64,000 nt of DNA, from contig CAKONK010000001.1 of NCBI GenBank assembly GCA_934097085.1, positions 4,221-68,220 of the forward strand, in the 5' to 3' direction. Source of the DNA: an uncultured Bacilli bacterium (GTDB taxonomy: Bacteria; Bacillota_I; Bacilli_A; RF39; UBA660). This document shows, piece by piece, positions 51,273-58,894 of this stretch (positions within the stretch are counted from its first letter, which is position 1; each line of letters starts with the position of its first letter). The translations under genes and the position numbers were made by a program. The notes beneath the pieces were generated by a model, which saw nothing but the letters and a program-made list of their open reading frames with translations, ran no database searches and was not told where the DNA came from.

Positions 51273-53367
51273 TTTTTACCTGCTCCATTACATAAACTTC
51301 AAAAGTATCTCCCTCTTTGAAGTCATCATATTTTTCTAATGTAATACCACATTCAAAGCCTTTTTTAACTTCTTTAGCTTGATCTTTACCTCTTTGAATT
51401 GAGGAAATCTTTGTATCAATAAGAATCTTTCCATCACGAATAACTCTTACATTTGCATTATTTTTAACTATTCCATCAGTTATATATACACCTGCAATAT
51501 TACCAACTTTAGAAAATTTAAATATTTGTCTTACAGTAGCACTACCAATTACTTTTTCTTCATATTCTGGATCAAGCATACCATTAAGTGCTGCTTCAAC
51601 ATCTTCGACAAGTTTATAAATAATTGTATAACATCTAATTTCAATACCATATTCTTTTGCCATTGCTTTAGCATCCGAAGATGATACAACATTAAATCCT
51701 ATTACGATTGCTTTTGATGCACTAGCAAGAACTATATCACTTTCAGATATTGGTCCTATACCACTGCGGATAACTTTTACTCTTACATCTTTAACTTTAA
51801 TATTTTCAAGAGCACTTTTAACTGCTTCTTCAGAACCTCTTACATCAGCTTTTAAGACAACAGCGACTTCTTTTTGACCTGAATTAACGCTTTCAAATAA
51901 TTCATCTAGTGATAAAGTTTTCTTAACATTACTCTTTTCTTTTTCAATATTTTTTCTTTTTTCTGCAACTTCTTTAGCTTCCTCAATTGTTTCAAAAGCC
52001 ATAAACTTATCACCTGCTTTAGGTGTATCATTAAGTCCTGTTATTTCTACTGGAGTAGATGGTCCAGCCTCAACTATACTTTCTCCACGATCATTTTTCA
52101 TTGTACGAACCTTACCATAAGTTGTTCCTACAACCACTGGATCTCCTAGTCTAAGTGTTCCATTAAGAATAAGGAATGATGATAGTCCTCCGATATTTTT
52201 ATCTAGTTTTTCTTCGATAACAGCCCCTAAAGCATATCTATTTGGATTAGCTTTAAGTTCTTTAACTTCGGCAATTGCAAGAATTGTTTCAAGAAGGTTA
52301 TCAACACCTTCTCCAGTCTTCGCAGAAAGATTAATAAATGGGTATTCTCCTCCCCAACTTTCTGGAGTAATACCATTTTCACTCATTTCAGTATAAACTC
52401 TTTCAATATTTATATTTGGTTTATCAATTTTATTAACCGCTACAATGATTGGTACACCAGCACTTTTAGCATGGTCGATTGCTTCTTTAGTCTGAGGCAT
52501 AACACCATCATCGGCAGCAACAATAATAACTACGATATCAGTTACACTTGCTCCTCTTGCACGCATTTGTGTAAAGGCAGCGTGACCTGGAGTATCAATA
52601 AATGTAATTTTATGACCATCTTTTTCAGTTTGATATGCACCAATTGCTTGCGTAATACCTCCGGCTTCCCCTTCGGCTACTCTAGTGGATCTAATGTAAT
52701 CTAAAAGTGTAGTTTTACCATGGTCTACATGTCCCATTATTGTAACAATTGCCGGTCTTTCTTTTAAATCTTTTTCATCATCAATTACTTCATAATGATC
52801 AAAATCAGCAATATCTTGACTTTCTTTTTTCTTTAAGGTTTTATTGTAATCTAAAGCTACGATTTCAGCATTTTCAAAATCAATAACTTCATTCATAGAT
52901 AGCATTAATCCTAAACTCATAAGTTTTTTAATAATATCATTTAGAGAAACTCCAAGTGCATCGGCAAAAGCTTTAACACTCATTCCATCTTCATATAAAA
53001 CAATATTATCCTCTTTTACATTACTCATTAGTTTGCTTTTGTTTTTATACATTTGTTTTTTTAAGTTTTTGAAATCAGCATTACTGCTATCTTTTTTCTT
53101 AAGTTTTTGTTTGCTATTAGCAACCATATCTTTTTTTACAATATTTTCACTTTGTAATACTTTTTCAACTACATCATCAATTTGGTCTTCTTCTTCATAT
53201 GTTGTTTCTTTATCAGTACTAATTAAATTAATTGTATTATCAATCATAATAATATCATCATCAGATAAAATGCTGTTACCATCTGCTTTAATTCCAAGTT
53301 CACTACATTTTCTTAAAACCTCTGCTACTGATAAATTTACATCTTTTGCATAATCTTTAATATTCAT
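51265..53367 (-). CDS. infB: Translation initiation factor IF-2
   Basis: GHVDHGKTTLLD, DTPGH and NKID G-domain motifs. Confidence 0.97.
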   Translation of the reverse strand: MNIKDYAKDVNLSVAEVLRKCSELGIKADGNSILSDDDIIMIDNTINLISTDKETTYEEEDQIDDVVEKVLQSENIVKKDMVANSKQKLKKKDSSNADFKNLKKQMYKNKSKLMSNVKEDNIVLYEDGMSVKAFADALGVSLNDIIKKLMSLGLMLSMNEVIDFENAEIVALDYNKTLKKKESQDIADFDHYEVIDDEKDLKERPAIVTIMGHVDHGKTTLLDYIRSTRVAEGEAGGITQAIGAYQTEKDGHKITFIDTPGHAAFTQMRARGASVTDIVVIIVAADDGVMPQTKEAIDHAKSAGVPIIVAVNKIDKPNINIERVYTEMSENGITPESWGGEYPFINLSAKTGEGVDNLLETILAIAEVKELKANPNRYALGAVIEEKLDKNIGGLSSFLILNGTLRLGDPVVVGTTYGKVRTMKNDRGESIVEAGPSTPVEITGLNDTPKAGDKFMAFETIEEAKEVAEKRKNIEKEKSNVKKTLSLDELFESVNSGQKEVAVVLKADVRGSEEAVKSALENIKVKDVRVKVIRSGIGPISESDIVLASASKAIVIGFNVVSSSDAKAMAKEYGIEIRCYTIIYKLVEDVEAALNGMLDPEYEEKVIGSATVRQIFKFSKVGNIAGVYITDGIVKNNANVRVIRDGKILIDTKISSIQRGKDQAKEVKKGFECGITLEKYDDFKEGDTFEVYVMEQVKNA

Positions 53368-53394
53368 AAAACCATCCTTTCTTAATTTAATTTT

Positions 53395-53901
53395 TTATCT
53401 ACTTTTTCCCTTTTCTATATATCCAAAATCATATAATAGTGTTTCTAAATCTCTACCCTCATATTTAATAATTTCAATATTTGCATTATTTGCAATTGAT
53501 TTAGAAAGATTTGCATCATATTCACTATTATATACAACCTTTGTTATTCCACTATTAATAATAGAATTCATACAGTCCTTACAAGGAAAAGTATTTACAT
53601 AAATTGTTGCCCCTACTGTAGATATTCCATGTCTTGCAGCAAAAGCAATTGCATTTTGTTCAGCATGAGAAGCAGGACATAGTTCTAAATATTTACCAGA
53701 TGCATAATCACTCATTGCTCTTCTTCTGCATCCACCTAAATCTTCACAATGTTCAACACCTCTTGCTGGTCCATTAAATCCAAAACTAATTGGATTATCA
53801 TCTTTAACAATGACTGCCCCAACTTTTCTTGATAAACAAGTACTTCTTAATGAAGCAATTTGGGAAATAGCCATATAATATTCTTCTTTAGTTGGTCTCA
53901 T
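53395..53901 (-). CDS. dCMP deaminase (ComEB-type cytidine/deoxycytidylate deaminase)
   Basis: Zinc motifs HAEQNAI and PCKDC. Confidence 0.85.
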   Translation of the reverse strand: MRPTKEEYYMAISQIASLRSTCLSRKVGAVIVKDDNPISFGFNGPARGVEHCEDLGGCRRRAMSDYASGKYLELCPASHAEQNAIAFAARHGISTVGATIYVNTFPCKDCMNSIINSGITKVVYNSEYDANLSKSIANNANIEIIKYEGRDLETLLYDFGYIEKGKSR

Positions 53902-54151
53902 TAATAATCCTTTCTAAATTATCATATACTTCATCACTAATGCTTACCCCTAAAGCTTTCTCTAATATTTTAGTCTTTTTTGCTTTATTTATTACTTCTA
54001 TAGATTTTTTTAAGTATGCACCTTTTCCATTAAGTTTACCAGTACTATCATATACCACCTCTCCTAAGGGAGTTCTTACTACTCTTAATAAATCTTTTTT
54101 TTCACATTTTTCATGTGATACAACACAAGTTCTTAAAGGAACTTTTTTCAT
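53888..54151 (-). CDS. ylxR: YlxR/RnpM family RNA-binding protein (DUF448)
   Basis: PLRTCVVSHEKCEKKDLLRVV and GKGAYL motifs, plus position after nusA. Confidence 0.88.
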   Translation of the reverse strand: MKKVPLRTCVVSHEKCEKKDLLRVVRTPLGEVVYDSTGKLNGKGAYLKKSIEVINKAKKTKILEKALGVSISDEVYDNLERIINETN

Positions 54152-55263
54152 TATCTATTACCTTCTTCAGTAATTTCTTTCATTGTTTTAATTTCTAAAT
54201 AGTATTTAGTAAGTCTTGAAGCAAGTCTAATATTACTTCCTTTTTTACCAATTGCTTTACTAAATTCATCATCAGGTACAACTACTAAAGCTTTTCTTTC
54301 TTTTTCATCTAAAATATTAACTATAGCATCTTTTGCAGGAACAATTGCATTTTTAATAAATACAGCTGGATCTTCATCATATAGTACTAAATCTATTTTT
54401 TCATTACCAAGTTCTTTTAAAATGCCTGCTATTCTACTACCTTTTTCTCCTATACAAGAACCAATTGCATCAACTTTTGGATTATTAGATATAAGAGCAA
54501 CTTTACATCTTATACCTGGTTCTCTTACTACTTGGTATATATCAATTGTTCCATTAATAATCTCTGGAATTTCTTGTTCAAATAATCTTCGAACAAAACC
54601 ATAATGTTTTCTAGAAAGCATAATAACTGGTCCTTTAGCTCCTAAAGTAACTTTAGTTAAATATACTTTAATATTTGAACCCATAACAATTTTTTCATCA
54701 GGTATAATTTCACTTTTAGGAAGCATACCACGAGTTCTACCTAAATCAATGTAATAATTTTTTTGGTCTTCCATAGCAACCATACCAATCATTACTTCGC
54801 CTTCTTTATCACTAAACTCATTAATAACACTTTCTTTTTCAGCTTCTCTAATTTTTTGTGTTAATACTTGTTTAGCAGTCCCGGCAGCAACTCTTCCAAA
54901 ATCTTTTGGAGTTACTTCTTTTTCAATAGTATCTCCTACTTTAGCATTAGGATCTATTTTAACAGCATCCTCTAAAAGAATTTGTGCATCAATATTTATC
55001 TCTGGTGGAGTTGTAACAATATTACCTTCTTCATCTTCAGTTTCAGTTCCATAATCAATTTCCGGTACTACTACTAAATAAGAATATACTTTTATATCGC
55101 CACTTTCTCTATCAATTCTTACAATTACATTAGTTTTAGAATTAAAATTCTTTTTATATGCAGTTGTAAGAGCAAGTGTTAAGCCCTCAAAAATAACATC
55201 CTCACTAATATTTTTTTCTTTTGCCACTAATTTAACAGCCTTAATTAATTCATTTGCATTCAT
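54151..55263 (-). CDS. nusA: Transcription termination/antitermination factor NusA
   Basis: N-terminal domain, S1 and two KH domains (DAIGSCIGEKGSRI; AIGKKGSNIRLAS). Confidence 0.96.
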   Translation of the reverse strand: MNANELIKAVKLVAKEKNISEDVIFEGLTLALTTAYKKNFNSKTNVIVRIDRESGDIKVYSYLVVVPEIDYGTETEDEEGNIVTTPPEINIDAQILLEDAVKIDPNAKVGDTIEKEVTPKDFGRVAAGTAKQVLTQKIREAEKESVINEFSDKEGEVMIGMVAMEDQKNYYIDLGRTRGMLPKSEIIPDEKIVMGSNIKVYLTKVTLGAKGPVIMLSRKHYGFVRRLFEQEIPEIINGTIDIYQVVREPGIRCKVALISNNPKVDAIGSCIGEKGSRIAGILKELGNEKIDLVLYDEDPAVFIKNAIVPAKDAIVNILDEKERKALVVVPDDEFSKAIGKKGSNIRLASRLTKYYLEIKTMKEITEEGNR

Positions 55264-55265
55264 CT

Positions 55266-55514
55266 TTAATTACCTCTTTCCTTACTAGATATATCTAAAA
55301 TATAGCTATCATCAATATCACAGTACTTATCCACTATTGGATTAATTATATGAGTAGCAGTAACTATCTCATCAATATCAATTCCTCCAACCTTATCTAG
55401 GATAACCTCTAAAAAGGAATATTTTCCTTTCTTTTTAAAAGATATACTATCTACAAATATATCCATATCCTTAATTGCAATATTAATTTTTTCAGTCAAT
55501 TTACTAAAATCCAA
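55266..55514 (-). CDS. rimP: Ribosome maturation factor RimP, N-terminal domain only (~82 aa)
   Basis: FVDSISFKKKGKYSFLEVILDK.GGIDIDEIVTATHIINPIVD...YILDISS matches the RimP N-domain. The likely start is the TTG at 55514, 8 nt after GAGGG. The track's longer N-terminus covers the leader hairpin. Confidence 0.7.
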   Translation of the reverse strand: MDFSKLTEKINIAIKDMDIFVDSISFKKKGKYSFLEVILDKVGGIDIDEIVTATHIINPIVDKYCDIDDSYILDISSKERGN

Positions 55515-55537
55515 ATATATCACCCTCTTATTAATAA

Positions 55538-55559
55538 AAGTGGGATTGCAGGCCCACTT
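55538..55559 (-). promoter_or_regulatory. Leader stem-loop plus U-tract directly upstream of the rimP RBS (candidate attenuator)
   Basis: 7-bp GC-rich stem aagtggg/cccactt with an 8-nt loop. In the minus sense it is followed by TTTTATTAAT and then the RBS. Confidence 0.4.
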
Positions 55560-55788
55560 CAAATGTCAAACTTATTTTATCATTATTTATTTAATATGTC
55601 TATAAAAAAATATGAAGAAAATAAAAAAAATTTTAAAAAACCTATTTACAAATAAAAAAAATTATAATATAATTTAATGGTTGTTGAAGAAAACAACAAT
55701 TTTGATTAATTATCTAAGTAATTTATAAAAGAGAATCACAATAGTGATTCTTTTTTATTTATTATATAAAAAGAAATAAAAAAAAAAA

Positions 55789-55814
55789 ATCGGCTTCACA
55801 AAGCGAAGCACGAT
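55789..55814 (-). terminator. Conserved hairpin after target-1 (copy 1 of a 34-nt element), here followed by T13
   Basis: atcg-gcttc-acaaagc-gaagc-a-cgat. The 34-mer at 55787-55820 is identical to 59354-59387 except for one loop base. The A13 run at 55777-55789 is a T-run in the minus sense. Confidence 0.65.
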
Positions 55815-55817
55815 TTA

Positions 55818-56945
55818 TTATCCAAGCATTATTTTATATGGATTACCCTCAGAACCATCTCCTGATATAACATATACATTAGATTTTAGATATAAGACTG
55901 GCCTAACTGCATAACCGACATACGCATTGCCGTAGTCGAGCCCGCCAGCGGAGTAGACGTAAACAGGGTAGGAAGCATTAGATGCAGTCATTGTCCATTC
56001 ATAACCTTTTGTAAATAACCAATTATTTTTATAACCATTATTCATTGCATAGCCATAATCACTTGCATACATTAAACCTATCTTTAAAGTAGTACTAGTT
56101 TGGCTTGATTTTTCTTTATCATATTGCGTTTTTCCCACAGTTGATGATGAACCAGTAACCCCAATATTCCAATATACACCATTATATATCATATTATCAT
56201 AGTCTCCACTTGAGGCTATACCATTTTGCGTATAATCACACTTTGCAACTGGTTTTCTTGAACTGGCATAATATGAATAACAGTAGGATGCACAGGCACT
56301 ATCATTTCTACTGTTAATTTGCTCTAGAAAGCATTCATTTAGATTTTTTTGAATTGTACTTCCTACCCAAGTTGAACTAGATGTAGTATTTGCATTATAT
56401 GAAAGGCCTCCAATTGAATCATTTCTTATTATTTTAACAAGACCATTATTATTCCAAGTTGAACAAGTACCATCTGTATTTACTGCTGTACATACTGGTG
56501 TTTTACCAATTATTCTATAAAGCTCTTTATTATACCAAATATAATTATTAGGATTATTTCCTTTATATCTAACTCCATAATCAGATTTATATAAAAGTCC
56601 ATTTCCACTTACTACTCCTGAAGTACTTGTTGTATTAACTACATTAGAAAGAAGTTTAGGATTACTTATAAATGATACATTACAAGAAACATTTCCAGTT
56701 ATATTTTTAATATCTAATTTCCAATTATCTATATCCCATACTCCATCAGCATTATCACAAGTTATATCTACTTGATATAAACCTTTACTAGGAAATGTAT
56801 TAGATACTTTACCATTTACAAGTAATGCAATTGTACTTCCATTATAATTAAATGTTTTTTTAGGTTTATTACTAATTACTAATAAAGTGCATATCATTAT
56901 AACAATTAATGATATACATGTAACAATCTTTTTATTATTTTTCAT
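55818..56945 (-). CDS. DGR target protein 1 (375 aa): N-terminal TM anchor, C-terminal variable module
   Basis: TM segment IVTCISLIVIMICTLLVI. The C-terminal ~150 aa are homologous to target-2 (NNPNNYIWYNKELYRIIG, IGLMYASDYGYA, NNWLFTKGYEWTMTA, AVRPVLYL). VR1 lies at the 3' end. Confidence 0.9.
   Translation of the reverse strand: MKNNKKIVTCISLIVIMICTLLVISNKPKKTFNYNGSTIALLVNGKVSNTFPSKGLYQVDITCDNADGVWDIDNWKLDIKNITGNVSCNVSFISNPKLLSNVVNTTSTSGVVSGNGLLYKSDYGVRYKGNNPNNYIWYNKELYRIIGKTPVCTAVNTDGTCSTWNNNGLVKIIRNDSIGGLSYNANTTSSSTWVGSTIQKNLNECFLEQINSRNDSACASYCYSYYASSRKPVAKCDYTQNGIASSGDYDNMIYNGVYWNIGVTGSSSTVGKTQYDKEKSSQTSTTLKIGLMYASDYGYAMNNGYKNNWLFTKGYEWTMTASNASYPVYVYSAGGLDYGNAYVGYAVRPVLYLKSNVYVISGDGSEGNPYKIMLG
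55905..55975 (-). repeat. DGR variable repeat VR1
   Basis: Aligns with TR 57364-57434. All 14 mismatches are at TR adenines (sense strand). It encodes SYPVYVYSAGGLDYGNAYVGYAV. Confidence 0.9.
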
Positions 56946-57204
56946 TTAATAACCTTCTTTCTAATATATTAATTAAATTTACTTTGAAATAATAATTTAA
57001 ATAATTATTATTTTCATATTCTTTTTTTACTATAATATCTAAATTATCTAATATTATATAATTAATTTCAAACTTATTTAAATTTCTATTTATATAATTA
57101 AATATTATTTTATCTTCATCAAAAGTATAATATTTATTATTTTTAATTATTAATATTAAATAATTTTGATAAATATGTTTTAAAACATTATATCTTTCTT
57201 TCAT
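56935..57204 (-). CDS. Small ORF (89 aa) between TR and target-1, weakly MutS-domain-I-like
   Basis: LILIIKNNKYYTFDEDKIIFNYI loosely resembles the MutS domain I core (F-R-G-FYE-F--DA). There is no Shine-Dalgarno sequence, and it overlaps the target-1 start by 11 nt. Confidence 0.35.
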   Translation of the reverse strand: MKERYNVLKHIYQNYLILIIKNNKYYTFDEDKIIFNYINRNLNKFEINYIILDNLDIIVKKEYENNNYLNYYFKVNLINILERRLLNEK

Positions 57205-57363
57205 ATTGTTTTATTAGATGTCGATAGAAAGAGTACGTATACTCTTTCGTCCATCTATTATCTTTTAAAAGTATAATACTTTTAAGGAAAGTTTATGTTT
57301 CTTATGCTTAACACTTTATAGCCATAACCATAAAACCTAAACCAAACATAAGAAGCTATAAAA
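57205..57363 (-). ncRNA. Structured non-coding segment immediately 3' of TR (probably part of the DGR RNA)
   Basis: Hairpin gaaagagta-cgta-tactctttc (57227-57248; 9 bp, 4-nt loop). Hairpin aaaagta-taa-tactttt (57267-57283). Neither is followed by a U-tract in the sense strand. Confidence 0.45.
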
Positions 57364-57438
57364 AACTGCATAACCGTTATACGCATTGTTGTTGTTGAGC
57401 CCGCCATTGTTGTTGACGTTAACAGGGTTTGAAGAACT
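57364..57438 (-). repeat. DGR template repeat (TR)
   Basis: The sense strand is AGTTCTTCAAACCCTGTTAACGTCAACAACAATGGCGGGCTCAACAACAACAATGCGTATAACGGTTATGCAGTT. In the target reading frame this gives 8 AAC and 2 AAT codons. It lies 30 nt downstream of the RT stop. Confidence 0.9.
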
Positions 57439-57468
57439 GTTTTTCTAAAAAAATTCCCTATATTTATA

Positions 57469-58530
57469 TTAATAGTATCTTTCAATAATGTGCTTTATTT
57501 TATCCTTATTTACAAAATTATAACTATGTAAATAATTTTCTAAAGAATAAAAATATTTTTCAAATGTAATCATATTATTTTGATACCTATAAATACCTTT
57601 CTTAATACCTTTTTTTATATTATTTCTTGCATTTTCACTCAAATTAATAATAGTTTTATTATTAATAATTCTAAAATTATAACCTAAAAAATTAAAACCA
57701 TTTTTTAAATTTACAATATAAGTTTTCTTTTCATTTATTTCTAAATTGTAAGAATGAATAAAATCTATAATTTTATTTTTACATATTTTTAAATAATCTA
57801 AATCATTTGAAAATATTACATAATCATCCATATATGAAAGCATATATTTTAAATGTAAATTATGAATTATATAATGATGTAATTTACATAAATAAAATAT
57901 AGCAAAAAACTGTTGAACTTGTCCTCCCAAAGAAAGTCCTACACCATTTTTATATCTAGGTAATTTTTCATTAACTTCTTTTTCTAATATATCTATTTTA
58001 TCATTAATATAATCATAATTAGTACTATCAATTATTTTACAAACTAAATTATATTCTTCATTAGTTAAAACATTTATTATTAAAGATTTTAAAATATTAT
58101 GATCAATAGAATAAAAATATTTTTTTATATCAATTTTTAAAACATAAATATCTGTATTAAAATGTTTTAACTTTTCAATATCAGAAAGAAGTAATTTAAT
58201 AGCATATGTAAGTCCCATACCTTTCCTTGTTGCAGTAATTTCTTTACATAGATATTTTGAAAGTTTTGGTATTAAAATATATTTTGCTACATAATGATTA
58301 ATAATTTTGTTAATTATACTTTCACTCATAACAACCCTAATTTTAGGCTCTCTAACTAAAAATATATTATAACTACTACCTTGATATAAACCATTTTCTA
58401 AAATATATTTTATATAAACTAAATACTCTATTTTACATTTTTCAAATGCAAGAATTTTCTTTCTATTTTTCACTCCTTTCAATATCTCATTATTATATAT
58501 ATCTAATAAATCACTTATTTTTACTATCAT
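57469..58530 (-). CDS. DGR reverse transcriptase
   Basis: RT motifs IDIKKYFYSIDH, GLSLGGQVQQFFAIFYL and SYMDDYVIFS (YMDD). Size is 353 aa. Confidence 0.92.
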   Translation of the reverse strand: MIVKISDLLDIYNNEILKGVKNRKKILAFEKCKIEYLVYIKYILENGLYQGSSYNIFLVREPKIRVVMSESIINKIINHYVAKYILIPKLSKYLCKEITATRKGMGLTYAIKLLLSDIEKLKHFNTDIYVLKIDIKKYFYSIDHNILKSLIINVLTNEEYNLVCKIIDSTNYDYINDKIDILEKEVNEKLPRYKNGVGLSLGGQVQQFFAIFYLCKLHHYIIHNLHLKYMLSYMDDYVIFSNDLDYLKICKNKIIDFIHSYNLEINEKKTYIVNLKNGFNFLGYNFRIINNKTIINLSENARNNIKKGIKKGIYRYQNNMITFEKYFYSLENYLHSYNFVNKDKIKHIIERYY

Positions 58531-58894
58531 AATCTATCTTATTATCCAACCATTTATTACTCATTCTATTTATTTCAGATAACTTATATGAAACTTTTTT
58601 TAATGAAGTTTCTGCAATATAACCTTTAATAAATAATCTTTCTATAATGTAATCTATAGTATTTATAAGTGAATTTATTTCTACTTTATATGAATTTATA
58701 AATTTATAATTATCTTCATTATTAGTTTTATTTATAGAATATAATAATTCTATTGATAATTCTTTTAACTTATTTTTATAAAAATAATCTTTTTTAGGAA
58801 TATTTTCTATTATCTTATCAAGTATATTCATAAAATCTTTATACTTACTAAGTATTAAAAATTCTTTTGATGATGCATTATTTTCTAAGTTCAT
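58511..58894 (-). CDS. avd: Avd-like accessory variability determinant (four-helix-bundle family)
   Basis: About 127 aa and helical. IPKKDYFYKNKLKELSIELLYSINKTN and LSEINRMSNKWL resemble Avd/23S-IVS family motifs. It overlaps the RT start by 20 nt. The track start at 58900 is TTG; the first ATG is at 58894. Confidence 0.7.
   Translation of the reverse strand: MNLENNASSKEFLILSKYKDFMNILDKIIENIPKKDYFYKNKLKELSIELLYSINKTNNEDNYKFINSYKVEINSLINTIDYIIERLFIKGYIAETSLKKVSYKLSEINRMSNKWLDNKIDYDSKNK

Noticed and set aside
55515-55562. N-terminal extension of the rimP ORF (MKWACNPTFINKRVIY)
   Set aside because: It covers a GC-rich leader hairpin plus U-tract and the GAGGG RBS. RimP homology begins only after the TTG at 55514.
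57282-57485. A 67-aa minus-strand ORF in the track (MKDTININIGNFFRK...TSTTMAGSTTTMRITVMQ...)
   Set aside because: It reads across the DGR template repeat (in a different frame from the one the targets use for their VRs) and overlaps the RT stop. It has no RBS. The region is better explained as TR plus flanking non-coding DGR RNA.
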